The position numbers and the translations under genes were made by a program. Of a stretch of DNA of 64,000 bases, positions 1-9,989 are shown one piece after another. Position 1 is the first letter of the stretch. Every line of letters begins with the position of its first letter. The stretch is from NCBI GenBank assembly GCA_048213135.1, contig PS015009.1, positions 2,170,001 to 2,234,000 of the forward strand, read 5' to 3'. The notes under the pieces were generated by a model, which saw nothing but the letters and a program-made list of their open reading frames with translations, had not been told where the DNA came from and made no database searches. This DNA comes from Reclinomonas americana ATCC 50394. Its lineage: Eukaryota.

Positions 1-739
1 TGAATCGGATATGGGGTTCAGTAATCTCGTTAATGCCACAGCGATCGGTGCCAAAGCGCAGGTGGATACTTCCAATGCGCTGGTGCTGGGTTCGGTGTCG
101 GCAGTTAATGGTGCTACCACCAGTGTGAACGTAGGTATTGGCACCAGTAAGCCATTGCGCCGCCTGCATGTGCGGCAAGGCACTTCGGGAGGCAGTTTCC
201 AGGTTAATACCAGTCTGGCCCTTGAGAGCCAGACGATTGTTTTCATGGAAATGTCGAATCCTTCAACAGCGCCCAGCGGTATTGTGTCCAGCACCAATCT
301 TACTTCAGTGCGAAGCCGGATTTTGTTTGAAGCCGATAGCTCCATCACTTTCAGCAGCGGTGGTTCGCTTACCCGGATGTCATTGGAGAACAATGGTAAC
401 CTGGGCATCGGTACCACGGCGCCCGGTGCCAAACTGGATGTAAACGGAACCTTCACACTTGGTGCTAACGGAACGGTGAATACAGCATTAATAAAAGATA
501 CGGTAACGTTTGATGTGCCTTCTCTTACAACGGGAAGTGAAACAACGGTAGTTATTGCGTTGGCGGATGTTACCTCGAATGCTGCGGTAGCCATATCTCC
601 TTCATCGGATCTTACAGCGGGAATGGCGATTATGTGGGCAAGGGCAACAGCGGGGAATATCAGGATAAGGTTCAGGAACATGTCGGCAGGCACTATCGAC
701 CTGGCTTCCATGGATTATTATATCTCTGTTGTACAGTAG
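1..739 (+). CDS. 5'-truncated fibre/adhesin-like protein (Bacteroidota GIGTxxP repeats, C-terminal beta-rich head)
   Basis: Frame open from the window edge; ATAIGAKAQV, NVGIGTSKP and NLGIGTTAPGAKLDVNG motifs; stop TAG at 737-739. Confidence 0.7.
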   Translation, partial: ESDMGFSNLVNATAIGAKAQVDTSNALVLGSVSAVNGATTSVNVGIGTSKPLRRLHVRQGTSGGSFQVNTSLALESQTIVFMEMSNPSTAPSGIVSSTNLTSVRSRILFEADSSITFSSGGSLTRMSLENNGNLGIGTTAPGAKLDVNGTFTLGANGTVNTALIKDTVTFDVPSLTTGSETTVVIALADVTSNAAVAISPSSDLTAGMAIMWARATAGNIRIRFRNMSAGTIDLASMDYYISVVQ

Positions 740-799
740 AGTTTTCTTTATGCTTGAAGCCGGTTCATCGTCCTGGGGGAGATGGCCGGTTTTTTATTT

Positions 800-841
800 A
801 GATGCCGGATGCCAGATATAAGATACGGGATACCAGATACA
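800..841. repeat. Degenerate heptamer tandem array, RGATRNN x6
   Basis: AGATGCC GGATGCC AGATATA AGATACG GGATACC AGATACA. Confidence 0.85.
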
Positions 842-879
842 AAACCCGAAATCATAACTTGTCCTAACTCAAAAGGGCT

Positions 880-935
880 CTTCACATTCACTAATCCGCA
901 CATTTCTGTATTCGCATATCCACACATGCGCAATT
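880..935. repeat. Degenerate octamer tandem array, ~7 units, same family as 29113-29176
   Basis: CTTCACAT TCACTAAT CCGCACAT TTCTGTAT TCGCATAT CCACACAT GCGCAATT. Confidence 0.8.
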
Positions 936-1743
936 ACTCCATCGTCTCTTTTCTTTCCTCTTCTTCACTGTCTTCACGAAGTGTAGGTTCATTCAACTGA
1001 ACAACCCTGCGTTTCTTGGCTTTGCTTACCATGGCCAGGTTGAGCAGTTCTACGATGAAGGAGAAAGCCATGCCGAAGTACACATAGTTTTTCAGGTGCA
1101 GGTCGTGTGCTTTTTCTGAATCCCATCCTTCAATCACCAGCGTAAGACCGATCATCACCAGGAAGGAGAGGGCCAGCATTTTAAGCGAAGGATGCTTATG
1201 TATGAACGAAGCGATCTTGGGGCTGAAAAGGAACATGATGATCATGGCGATCACTACCGCGGCGATCATGATCTCCACATGTTCTGCGGTACCGCCTGCG
1301 GTAATGATACTGTCGAAAGAGAACACCATATCGATAAGGATGATCTGTACGACGGCTTTACCCAGTGTAAGCACCGGTTTGTTATTGCCCTGCAGACTTT
1401 CATCCTCACCTTCCAGTTTATGATGTATCTCCCGGACCGTTTTATAGATCAGGAACAAGCCGCCGCCGAGCATTACCAGGCTGGCCAGGTCGAATCCTTT
1501 GCCAAAGAGGGTAAGCACGGGTTTGCCTTTCTGCGCCAGCAACCAGCCCAGTGCCATCAGCAGCAAACTGCGTACAATAATGCCCGTTACCATCCAGATG
1601 CGCCTGGCGGTTTTTTCTTTTGATTGCGGAAGGCGGTTAATGATAATGCTGACAAAGATCACGTTATCGATGCCCAATACCACTTCAAGAAGAACCAATA
1701 CAAAAAAGCTGATGATGCTTTCGGAGGTGAAAAGATGTTCCAT
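934..1743 (-). CDS. TerC family membrane protein
   Basis: LEVVLGIDN and DMVFSFDSIITA motifs; multiple TM segments. Confidence 0.92.
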   Translation of the reverse strand: MEHLFTSESIISFFVLVLLEVVLGIDNVIFVSIIINRLPQSKEKTARRIWMVTGIIVRSLLLMALGWLLAQKGKPVLTLFGKGFDLASLVMLGGGLFLIYKTVREIHHKLEGEDESLQGNNKPVLTLGKAVVQIILIDMVFSFDSIITAGGTAEHVEIMIAAVVIAMIIMFLFSPKIASFIHKHPSLKMLALSFLVMIGLTLVIEGWDSEKAHDLHLKNYVYFGMAFSFIVELLNLAMVSKAKKRRVVQLNEPTLREDSEEEERKETME

Positions 1744-1766
1744 TCTTTGTTTAAATTCTAAAAATT

Positions 1767-1836
1767 AAAATCCTAAATCCTAATTCGTAATTCCTAATTC
1801 GTAATTCCTAATTCGTAATTCGTAATTCGTAATTCG
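1767..1836. repeat. Heptamer tandem array: 8 x TAATTCS preceded by AAAATCC and TAAATCC
   Basis: Read directly between the TerC start and the pyrD stop. Confidence 0.95.
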
Positions 1837-1847
1837 TATCATGAATC

Positions 1848-2885
1848 CTAATTGGCGGCAAGATACTTACAAATCTTCTTCACAATGCCCGGTCCTTCAT
1901 AGATGAACCCGGTCCATACCTGCACAAGTGAAGCGCCTGCGTCCAGTTTTTCCTTCGCGTCGGCGCCGGTGAAGATGCCGCCGCTGGCCACCAGGGGTAT
2001 CTTCCCGTTGGTTTGCTGGTGAATGTAACGGAGCAATTCCGTTGCTTTTGTTTTTACGGGTAGCCCGCTGAGTCCGCCTGCACCGATCTTTTCAGCTTCC
2101 TGCTGTGACGGGGCCGATAAACCGCTCCTGTCGAGCGTGGTATTGCTCACCACCAGTCCGTCGAGTTGTATCTCCAGCGCCAGGCTCACCACATCGTCTA
2201 CCTGCGTTAACGTCAGGTCCGGAGCTATTTTCAGCAACAACGGCCGGGGCGTTGACAAAGCCTGGTTGACAGACTGCAGGTTGGTCAGTATCTTCTTTAA
2301 CGCGTCCTTTTCCTGCAATTCGCGGAGACCCGGTGTATTCGGGCTGCTTACGTTCACTACAAAATAATCAACATAGGGGTGCAGTGCCCGGAAACATTTT
2401 TCATAATCCGTCCACGCCTCTTCGTTTGGGGTTACCTTATTCTTACCAATATTACCGCCTATAATGAGGGTACCGCTTTTTTTACCGGCCCTCCATGCTT
2501 TCAGTCTTTCCACGATAGCGACAGCGCCGTCGTTGTTGAATCCCATGCGGTTGATGAGGGCTTTATCGGCCGGCAGCCTGAACAGTCTTGGTTTTTCGTT
2601 GCCATCCTGTGGTAGGGGTGTCACGGTTCCTATCTCCACGCAACCAAAACCCAGGTCGGCGAGCTCATTAAGATACAAAGCATTCTTATCGAAACCGGCA
2701 CCCAGGCCAACCGGGTTGGAGAAGGGCAGTCCGAATGCGGTAACCGGCAATTCCTTTGGGCTGAAAATGCTCCTGATCAAACCGCGGCCACCCAGGTTAC
2801 AAATGGAACGCAAGCTGTTCATGGCAAAATAATGCACTTTTTCAGCGTCGAAGAAGAAGAGGAAAGAACGTAGGAGTTGATACAT
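1848..2885 (-). CDS. pyrD: Quinone-dependent dihydroorotate dehydrogenase (class 2)
   Basis: GLGAGFDKNA, INRMGFNN, NVSSPNTPGLR, GGLSG; start set at ATG 2885, 6 nt after a TAATTTTG box. Confidence 0.95.
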   Translation of the reverse strand: MYQLLRSFLFFFDAEKVHYFAMNSLRSICNLGGRGLIRSIFSPKELPVTAFGLPFSNPVGLGAGFDKNALYLNELADLGFGCVEIGTVTPLPQDGNEKPRLFRLPADKALINRMGFNNDGAVAIVERLKAWRAGKKSGTLIIGGNIGKNKVTPNEEAWTDYEKCFRALHPYVDYFVVNVSSPNTPGLRELQEKDALKKILTNLQSVNQALSTPRPLLLKIAPDLTLTQVDDVVSLALEIQLDGLVVSNTTLDRSGLSAPSQQEAEKIGAGGLSGLPVKTKATELLRYIHQQTNGKIPLVASGGIFTGADAKEKLDAGASLVQVWTGFIYEGPGIVKKICKYLAAN

Positions 2886-2996
2886 GTGGCGCAAAATTAG
2901 TTCAGTATTTTCAGTTTTTTAATTTCACCGGGAATTTCTAACTTTGATACAGAAAGTTGCATAAACAACTAAATAAAATACTACAAAGGAGATCTT

Positions 2997-4175
2997 ATGC
3001 AGGAAGCATATATAGTAGCGGGATTCCGCACCGCCGTGGCCAAGAGCAAAAAAGGCGGTTTTCGTTTTACCAGGCCCGATGACCTGGCGATTGATGTGAT
3101 CAAAGGCCTGCTGGCCAGCGTTCCCCAACTGGATGTGAAAAGGGTGGATGATGTAATTGTAGGCAATGCTGTTCCCGAAGCGGAGCAGGGCCTGCAGGTA
3201 GGCCGTATCATCGCGGCCAAAGCGGTAGGTTTTCACGCGCCGGGCATCACCATTAACCGGTATTGCGCCAGCGGACTGGAAAGTATCGCCATGGCAACGG
3301 CCAAAATACGCACCGGCATGGCGGAATGCATCATTGCCGGCGGCACCGAAAGTATGAGCCTGGTACCTACAGCCGGCTGGAAAACGGTTCCCGCTTATTC
3401 CATAGCCAAGGATGATCCCGATTATTACCTGAGTATGGGCCTTACCGCCGAAGCGGTTGCCAAAGAATACAATGTGAGCCGCGAGGACCAGGATGAGTTC
3501 AGCTACCAAAGTCACCTGAAAGCGGGTAATGCTATTAAAGAAGGCCATTTTAAAAGCGGCATACTGCCCATTAATGTGGAGCAGGTTTACCTGGATGAAA
3601 GAGGTAAAAAGCAAACCCGCAATTATGTGATCGACACGGATGAAGGTGTGCGTGCCGACACGTCGCCCGAAGGACTCGCCAAACTGAAACCGGCATTTGC
3701 CATGGGCGGCTCCGTAACGGCGGGCAACTCTTCACAAACCAGTGATGGTGCAGCTTTCGTGATCGTGATGAGCGAGCGTATGGTGAACGAGCTGGGACTG
3801 AAGCCCATAGCCCGGCTGGTGAATTGCGCCAGCGCGGGGGTTCATCCACGTATCATGGGCATTGGCCCTGTGGAGGCCGTTCCCAAAGTGCTGAAACAGG
3901 CGGGTATGAACCTGTCGCAGATCGATCTTATTGAACTCAATGAAGCTTTTGCTTCCCAATCTTTGGCTGTAATACGGGAACTCCAATTAAATCCCGATAT
4001 TGTGAATATAAACGGCGGCGCTATCGCCCTGGGACACCCGCTGGGTTGTACCGGTTGCAAACTCACCATTCAACTGGTGAATGATATGAAGCGGCTGAAT
4101 AAAAAATATGGAATAGTTACAGCATGTGTGGGCGGTGGACAGGGAATAGCCGGTATCATCGAGAACATCAGCTAG
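2997..4175 (+). CDS. Acetyl-CoA C-acyltransferase (thiolase)
   Basis: [34 protein letters not shown]. Confidence 0.95.
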   Translation: MQEAYIVAGFRTAVAKSKKGGFRFTRPDDLAIDVIKGLLASVPQLDVKRVDDVIVGNAVPEAEQGLQVGRIIAAKAVGFHAPGITINRYCASGLESIAMATAKIRTGMAECIIAGGTESMSLVPTAGWKTVPAYSIAKDDPDYYLSMGLTAEAVAKEYNVSREDQDEFSYQSHLKAGNAIKEGHFKSGILPINVEQVYLDERGKKQTRNYVIDTDEGVRADTSPEGLAKLKPAFAMGGSVTAGNSSQTSDGAAFVIVMSERMVNELGLKPIARLVNCASAGVHPRIMGIGPVEAVPKVLKQAGMNLSQIDLIELNEAFASQSLAVIRELQLNPDIVNINGGAIALGHPLGCTGCKLTIQLVNDMKRLNKKYGIVTACVGGGQGIAGIIENIS

Positions 4176-4202
4176 TTTAACTTTGAATGTGTATATGAAA
4201 AT

Positions 4203-4231
4203 GCCTGGTTTCAACCGGGCTTTTCTTTTTT
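4203..4231 (+). terminator. Intrinsic terminator after the thiolase
   Basis: GCCTGGTT-TC-AACCGGGC followed by a T-rich run. Confidence 0.75.
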
Positions 4232-4309
4232 ATGGAGGTGAACATAAAAAGAAATGCCCCGGTTAAGGGGCATCTCCAATTGTCAGTTTTGTCGTCGGAT
4301 ATATTACTA

Positions 4310-5611
4310 TTACTTAGCTTTTACATTTACAGCCACCCTGCGGTTCTGCGCTCTTCCTTCGGGCGTTGTGTTGCTGGCGATGGGCCATTCAGGACCATAA
4401 CCTTTTGTGCCGGTGAAGGACTGCGGTGAAACGCCGAGTTTTTTCAGGAAAGCCGCTACCGCGTCAGCCCTGTTCTGGGAGATGGCGATGTTCTTCTGAA
4501 CAGGACCTGTACTGTCGGTATAACCGCCCAGTTTGAATTGTGCCTGCGGGAAAGCCTTGCAGATGGTCACGATATTCTTCAGCTGTGAAACAGAAGATTC
4601 GGTGATCTCTGAACTGCCGGTTTTGAAATGCACATTGGTCAGTTCAAACCAGTTGCCTTTTGCGGTGTCGAGTGTTTTGGACTGGTCTTTCAGGAAGTCG
4701 ATCAGCCTGGCTTCGGTGCTGTATTTACCAATACGCAGTGTTTCACCGCCGGGCATCGCCACACTGATGGTATCACCTTCGTCGTACAGCCAGTCGCCGG
4801 TGAGGGTGTCGATCTTTCCTTTGATCACAGCCATATCGCCGTTTATGGGCTTGTCGTTAGCATCTGTATTCACCTGCAGGGTGTCATTGACATTCGTATT
4901 ATGATCGCCGGAATTACCACAGCCTTTACCAAACAGGTACCAGGCCAGTAAAGCGGCAGCTATCAGCAACAGCAGGGGCAGCAGGATGCGGGAAGCGCTG
5001 CCTGAACTTTCGGTTTCTGTGCGATGATTCGACGTACGTGAAGACGGGGAATGCAGATCACTGATCTTTTGACTGGAAAAATTGTCAAAAATATTACCCA
5101 GGTTAAGCCCGTGAGGAACGGCTTTGCTGATGTTGTTCTTCTGGCTGCTGAACAGGGAAGTGATCCAGTTAATGATGTTGGAACCCGCACCTGCACTGTT
5201 TTTACCGATGAGTGCCAGCACTGCTGAAGTGATCCAGCCCAGCAAAGAGGAAGAAGTGGACGAACGGATACCGGAGAAGCCGGCCACCAGGTCACTTAAA
5301 GCGCCTGCCTTTGTTTCGCCGAGTAAACCAGACAGCATGGATGCGCTTTTCTCCTGTTGATTACTGTTATTGAAAAAGTCCGGGAGTTTGTTCAGGATGC
5401 CGGACTGGTGTTGTTCCTGTGCCAGTTGTAATACGGATTGCGTGCCTGCGGTTGATGTTGTTTTTTCCGACAGCATATTCAGCACGGCAGGTATAAGACC
5501 GCTAACGGCTTTCTTAACTGAAGATTCGCTTTCACCGAGCTGGCCCGATGCTTTCCGGATGAGATCGTCGGTAAACAGGTGTTGTACCGATTCGAGTAGG
5601 TTAAATGACAT
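4310..5611 (-). CDS. OmpA-family protein: N-terminal DUF937-like helical domain, single TM, C-terminal OmpA-C domain
   Basis: VHFKTGSS, GYTDSTG, SQNRADAV, GRAQNRRV. Confidence 0.85.
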   Translation of the reverse strand: MSFNLLESVQHLFTDDLIRKASGQLGESESSVKKAVSGLIPAVLNMLSEKTTSTAGTQSVLQLAQEQHQSGILNKLPDFFNNSNQQEKSASMLSGLLGETKAGALSDLVAGFSGIRSSTSSSLLGWITSAVLALIGKNSAGAGSNIINWITSLFSSQKNNISKAVPHGLNLGNIFDNFSSQKISDLHSPSSRTSNHRTETESSGSASRILLPLLLLIAAALLAWYLFGKGCGNSGDHNTNVNDTLQVNTDANDKPINGDMAVIKGKIDTLTGDWLYDEGDTISVAMPGGETLRIGKYSTEARLIDFLKDQSKTLDTAKGNWFELTNVHFKTGSSEITESSVSQLKNIVTICKAFPQAQFKLGGYTDSTGPVQKNIAISQNRADAVAAFLKKLGVSPQSFTGTKGYGPEWPIASNTTPEGRAQNRRVAVNVKAK

Positions 5612-5699
5612 AATATTGATTTATTTTTTACCATCATATGACGGGAGTGCAAGGCAAATGGTTGCAATAACCCACCCATTCTGGAAAAAAATGACAATA

Positions 5700-6428
5700 T
5701 CAGGTCAGCAGGAAGGAAAGATCATCATCGGCGGAGATTATTTTTTTCCGGATGACCTTTGTTTGCGGGTCGGTTGAAAACAGTACGCCACCGGGCTGAC
5801 CAATATAACGGAGTTGCCCGCCTGTTCTCTCCAGCCCCGATCCTTCAGGCAAAGCCACAACCGGTGTACCCGGGTTAAGCACCAGGAATTCTTCCAGCCG
5901 CTGATCCCGTGTTTCGCCATTGAAGCCTTCTGGTTTGTAATTGTTGTAGTGAGGATTGAGCTGGAAAGGAAGAAAAGCCAGCGCTTCAAACGCCGCAGGG
6001 GCAATGATGGGCATATCATTGGTGGTACTGATGGTGAGCCCGGTAATATTGGCGCCTGCACTCCACCCGATATAGGGTATTCCGGCATTTACCTTTTGTT
6101 GTACCAATTCCAGCAAATCAAGTGTATACAGGTCATGCAGCAATTTGAAAGTGTTGCCGCCACCGGTCATGATCACATCGGCCTTTTCAATGACAGCCGC
6201 GGCATCTTCATAAGTCACGGTTGTAAAAGTATACGGCAGGTGTGATAAAGCATCTGCCACCATCGAAGTATACAGCACATGATCATTCTTCACCGACGCG
6301 AAAGGGATGAAAGCTGCTTTCAATGGCTGCTCACCAAGGAACCGGTGAATAAGCGGCGCCGCTGTTTCCAGGAAACCCCCATTGCCAAAACGGGAACTGC
6401 TTAAGGCAAGAATACGTTGATTGTTCAT
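5700..6428 (-). CDS. pepE: Dipeptidase E (S51)
   Basis: GGGNTF, GWSAG, NPHY, GETRDQR. Confidence 0.92.
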   Translation of the reverse strand: MNNQRILALSSSRFGNGGFLETAAPLIHRFLGEQPLKAAFIPFASVKNDHVLYTSMVADALSHLPYTFTTVTYEDAAAVIEKADVIMTGGGNTFKLLHDLYTLDLLELVQQKVNAGIPYIGWSAGANITGLTISTTNDMPIIAPAAFEALAFLPFQLNPHYNNYKPEGFNGETRDQRLEEFLVLNPGTPVVALPEGSGLERTGGQLRYIGQPGGVLFSTDPQTKVIRKKIISADDDLSFLLT

Positions 6429-6454
6429 GATAACGTAAAGTTAAGAAGCCGCGT

Positions 6455-7144
6455 TTACAATAAGGTGTAACCGCTTTTGGCATCTCCTGTCCTGAACCGG
6501 TTCACCAGTTCGTGCGCCAGGCGTGTGGGTTCGGGAATGCGGTATTTGCCGGTACAGGCATGAATAATACGCAGGCTGTCGTGCAATCCCATACCATGTC
6601 CGGGTGAGACGAAAACAGGCAGCGTTTTATCTTTACTCCGGTACGCGTAACCGATTGTTTCTTCTTTATCAAGAACAGGTGAGTAAGCGCCTCTGCCGGC
6701 AGCGGGTTCCTCATATTTACCAAACAGGATCTTTTTGGCACAACCCATCGACGCCTGCCCGGTAAGCGTGCCGAAATGTGCAGCAATGCCCATCCTGCGG
6801 GGATGAGCGATACCATGACCGTCTACTACCAGCACATCCGGTTTCACCTGCAATTGCTCCCACGCCTGCACCAGCGCCGGCACTTCACGAAAAGCGAGGA
6901 ACCCCGGCACATAAGGAAAACGGGTTTCCGATTGTACCAGCGACCAGCCCAGCGGCTGCAGGGAAGGATACGACAACAGGATGATGCCTGCATACACGGT
7001 AGTACTGTACAGGTTAAGCGAAATATCAGCCCCGCCAATGATAGCAGGCAGAATACCGGTTTCCTCAACCTGCAATTGCGATCTTAAGTCCCGCTGTATG
7101 GCGGTGGCTTCTGTTATGCTGATGTTTTCATAACTGACCTTCAT
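6455..7144 (-). CDS. nfi: Endonuclease V
   Basis: FPYVPGFLAFRE, DGHGIAHPRRMGIA, RIPEPTRLAH. Confidence 0.95.
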   Translation of the reverse strand: MKVSYENISITEATAIQRDLRSQLQVEETGILPAIIGGADISLNLYSTTVYAGIILLSYPSLQPLGWSLVQSETRFPYVPGFLAFREVPALVQAWEQLQVKPDVLVVDGHGIAHPRRMGIAAHFGTLTGQASMGCAKKILFGKYEEPAAGRGAYSPVLDKEETIGYAYRSKDKTLPVFVSPGHGMGLHDSLRIIHACTGKYRIPEPTRLAHELVNRFRTGDAKSGYTLL

Positions 7145-7187
7145 GATTGTTGCTTTGATAACCAGTGCTCAAAAGGTATGCCTTTCC

Positions 7188-7877
7188 TCAGAGTTTATTC
7201 AGCAGATGCCGGAACGTTCTGCCAACGGGTATCTGTATGCCGTTTATGTCGAGGCTCGATGATGAGTAGGATTTTATTTTGTCTGTAGCCACAATATAAG
7301 ACCGGTGGACCTTTATAAAATGATCTTTGGGCAACAGGGTTTCCATTTCCGCGGTACTGAGTTTGCAGGTATGTGTGCCTTCCGGCGTTACTATTTTTAC
7401 ATATTCCCGCATACTTTCTACGTAAAGGATATCCTGGTAATTGATCTTTACATTTTTCCTGTTGATGGTAAGAAAAAGATATTGACGGTTATTGGTTGTT
7501 GCCACCTGGTCGCCGGAAGTTTCGCCTGTTCTTACTTTATTCACCGCCGCGAAAAAACGTTCGAATTCAAAAGGCTTCAGCAGGTAGTCAGTAACATTCA
7601 GTTCATAGCTTTCAACGGCATACTGGTGATATGCTGTCGTGATGATCACGGCAGGCGGGTCTTTCAGCGTCTTTAAAAAAGCCATGCCCTTTAATTTGGG
7701 AAGATGGATGTCGAGAAAAATAAGATCGGTTTTATTCTTTTGAAGAAACGCGGCAGCATAGATGGCATCCTTACAGGTGCCTGCCAGTTGCAGAAAGGGG
7801 ACCTGGCTGATATAGTCGGTAAGGATCTTTGTGGCCAGCGGTTCATCTTCCACTACCAGGCATTTTATTTTCTTCAT
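7188..7877 (-). CDS. LytTR-family response regulator
   Basis: VEDEPLA...FLDIHLP...YLLKP receiver; VHRSYIV LytTR domain. Confidence 0.93.
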   Translation of the reverse strand: MKKIKCLVVEDEPLATKILTDYISQVPFLQLAGTCKDAIYAAAFLQKNKTDLIFLDIHLPKLKGMAFLKTLKDPPAVIITTAYHQYAVESYELNVTDYLLKPFEFERFFAAVNKVRTGETSGDQVATTNNRQYLFLTINRKNVKINYQDILYVESMREYVKIVTPEGTHTCKLSTAEMETLLPKDHFIKVHRSYIVATDKIKSYSSSSLDINGIQIPVGRTFRHLLNKL

Positions 7878-8916
7878 AACTGTTAAGGTTAATGTTCAGT
7901 TTCACCATGAATATCCTGTCTTTTCTTTCTGTTGTAAAATCATATTGGCTGAACTGGAGTTCCAGTTGTTTCCTGATATTGCCCAACCCTATACTTTCCC
8001 TGATCTCTGCGGGTTCGTTGTCATTGCCGGTTGAATTTTCCACTGTGAAAGTCAGCCGGTCCCCCGCCAGCGAAAGTGCCAGGCGGATGAATGGCGCCTC
8101 CCTTGTTTCCGAAACGCCGTGTTTGAACGCGTTTTCCACGAGCGGGATCAGCAGCAGCGGTGGCATGAGCGGTAATGAGTCATCAGTTGCATACCGGAAA
8201 TCGATGGACAGTGAATCATCGTACCGCATTTTTTCCAGTTCGATATAATCTTCAATGATCTTTATTTCCTGGTGAAGGTCAATGCGGTTTTCACCGGTTT
8301 CATACAACATAAAGCGGAGGATCTTCGATAACCGGAGAACGCATTCGGCTGTAAGATCAGATTTATCTCGTGCCAGGGAATAAATATTGTTGAGGGTATT
8401 GAAAAGGAAATGCGGATTGGTCTGTGATTTCAGGAAATTAAGTTCTGATACATGTTTCTCAACAAGAAGCTGTTCATTCTTTTCCTTCAGCCGCAACGCG
8501 TCCAGGTAATATTTGATGGAACCGAAATAGATGAACGACAACAGGCCCGGTGCAAAAAGACTGATCGCCATTTCCGATATCTCCTGGTCATTGTTTTTTC
8601 CTTTCCAGAAAAGTATTTTACCCAGTTGCAGCCATCCGTACATGCCGGCGGTGTATAAAAGCAGCATCAGGATAATAACTGCCGCGATAGCCATCCACTT
8701 CCCTTTCTTCTTTGGAATGACCGGAAAAATGAAAACGTAGATAAGGGTATTAACGAGAGCAAGATAAGCGATACGCCAGCCTTCGCGGAATATGTACTCC
8801 CCGGCAACTGTCCAGTTACCCTTGGCAGAGGTGAACAGGATCACTGCCCACAGCAGCCAGTAAGAAAGCGTGATCCATAAAAAGGATAACAACTGCCGTC
8901 TTTTTTCTGATCTCAT
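7843..8916 (-). CDS. LytS-like sensor histidine kinase
   Basis: N-terminal TMs; QTNPHFLFNTLN, LVENAFKHG, IGLGN. Confidence 0.92.
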   Translation of the reverse strand: MRSEKRRQLLSFLWITLSYWLLWAVILFTSAKGNWTVAGEYIFREGWRIAYLALVNTLIYVFIFPVIPKKKGKWMAIAAVIILMLLLYTAGMYGWLQLGKILFWKGKNNDQEISEMAISLFAPGLLSFIYFGSIKYYLDALRLKEKNEQLLVEKHVSELNFLKSQTNPHFLFNTLNNIYSLARDKSDLTAECVLRLSKILRFMLYETGENRIDLHQEIKIIEDYIELEKMRYDDSLSIDFRYATDDSLPLMPPLLLIPLVENAFKHGVSETREAPFIRLALSLAGDRLTFTVENSTGNDNEPAEIRESIGLGNIRKQLELQFSQYDFTTERKDRIFMVKLNINLNSYEENKMPGSGR

Positions 8917-8994
8917 ACCGGAAATTTACCGCTTGTAAAATAGCTTAAAGCAAGGGAAAAGACGAGGTTCATTCCATAAGAACAAATTATCGGG

Positions 8995-9079
8995 CTACGA
9001 ACGGTGAAATATGGTCTACCAACGAAAATACCGGCCCGCAGCCGGTATCATTTTCATCTCTTCCAAAGGAGGTTTCATC
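8995..9079. promoter_or_regulatory. Candidate LytTR boxes in a divergent promoter
   Basis: CTACGAACG/CTACCAACG at 8995/9016 and TTTCATC at 9052/9073, each pair 21 bp apart. Confidence 0.6.
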
Positions 9080-9108
9080 AGCAATTTTGAGGTATTAAAA
9101 CAACCGAT

Positions 9109-9888
9109 ATGAAAATAGTTCAACAATTGTTCTTTATGCTCCTCCTGGTGGCTGCCGCAAAAATGGCAGCGGCTGCGGATACGGTCCGGGTCGATCCTGC
9201 CCATATCAATACCGGCGTATTAAAGGAAGGTACAAACCGGTACCTCGAGTATTTTAAAAAAGGAAAGGATTCCAGCCGCATCATGGTGCAGTTCTGGACA
9301 AGGAAGATCTCCTTCACGCAGTACGAAGGCAGGGATGCCATTCTCATAGAACAGGAGTGGGAGGATAAGGATACCATCGTACATACGGCAAAATCCTACT
9401 GCGACAGGAAAACGATGGCGCCCCTGTTTCACAACACCTGGTGGAAACAAAGACCGGGCGGTACATTTGATTTTATTAAAAAAACGGCCATCAGCAACGG
9501 GGCTCCCCTGACTGAACAGGATACCGCCAGGAAGCGGAAGGCGGCCTGGGGGGCTTTCAAAAAATCATTGGATCAGTATGTACTCAACTGGCACCTTGAC
9601 CTGGAAACCTTCCCCCTGCTGCCTTATAAAGAAGGACGTGTATTTATGATCCCTTACTATGAACCGGGATACACAGAGTCGGAAGCTGTTGCTTACACGG
9701 TAACCGGGTCGGCCATGCTGGAAGGCTATAACGGCCAGCAGATTGATTGCTGGATACTCACACACGAAACAAAAGGCAATAAAGAGGTGTTCTGGATCAG
9801 CAAAAAGACAAAGGAAGTACTGAAACTGGAGCAAACACTTAATGATAAATGGTACAGGTACAAGATCAAGCTGGGATTTAGTGTATAG
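9109..9888 (+). CDS. Secreted hypothetical protein (DUF3108-like)
   Basis: Signal peptide; beta-rich C-terminus IDCWIL...VFWISKKTKEVLK. Confidence 0.65.
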   Translation: MKIVQQLFFMLLLVAAAKMAAAADTVRVDPAHINTGVLKEGTNRYLEYFKKGKDSSRIMVQFWTRKISFTQYEGRDAILIEQEWEDKDTIVHTAKSYCDRKTMAPLFHNTWWKQRPGGTFDFIKKTAISNGAPLTEQDTARKRKAAWGAFKKSLDQYVLNWHLDLETFPLLPYKEGRVFMIPYYEPGYTESEAVAYTVTGSAMLEGYNGQQIDCWILTHETKGNKEVFWISKKTKEVLKLEQTLNDKWYRYKIKLGFSV

Positions 9889-9989
9889 CCATACCGGATA
9901 AAAGACAGGATCTGCGTATTTTGAACAGGGGTGCCCTTGATTGCGGCATCCCTGTTTTTTGTGCCCAATCACTTAAATTTGCCCGAACT

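Noticed and set aside
748-1000. ORFs 748..933 and 782..1000
   Set aside because: They are translations of the heptamer and octamer arrays, with no protein-family signal.
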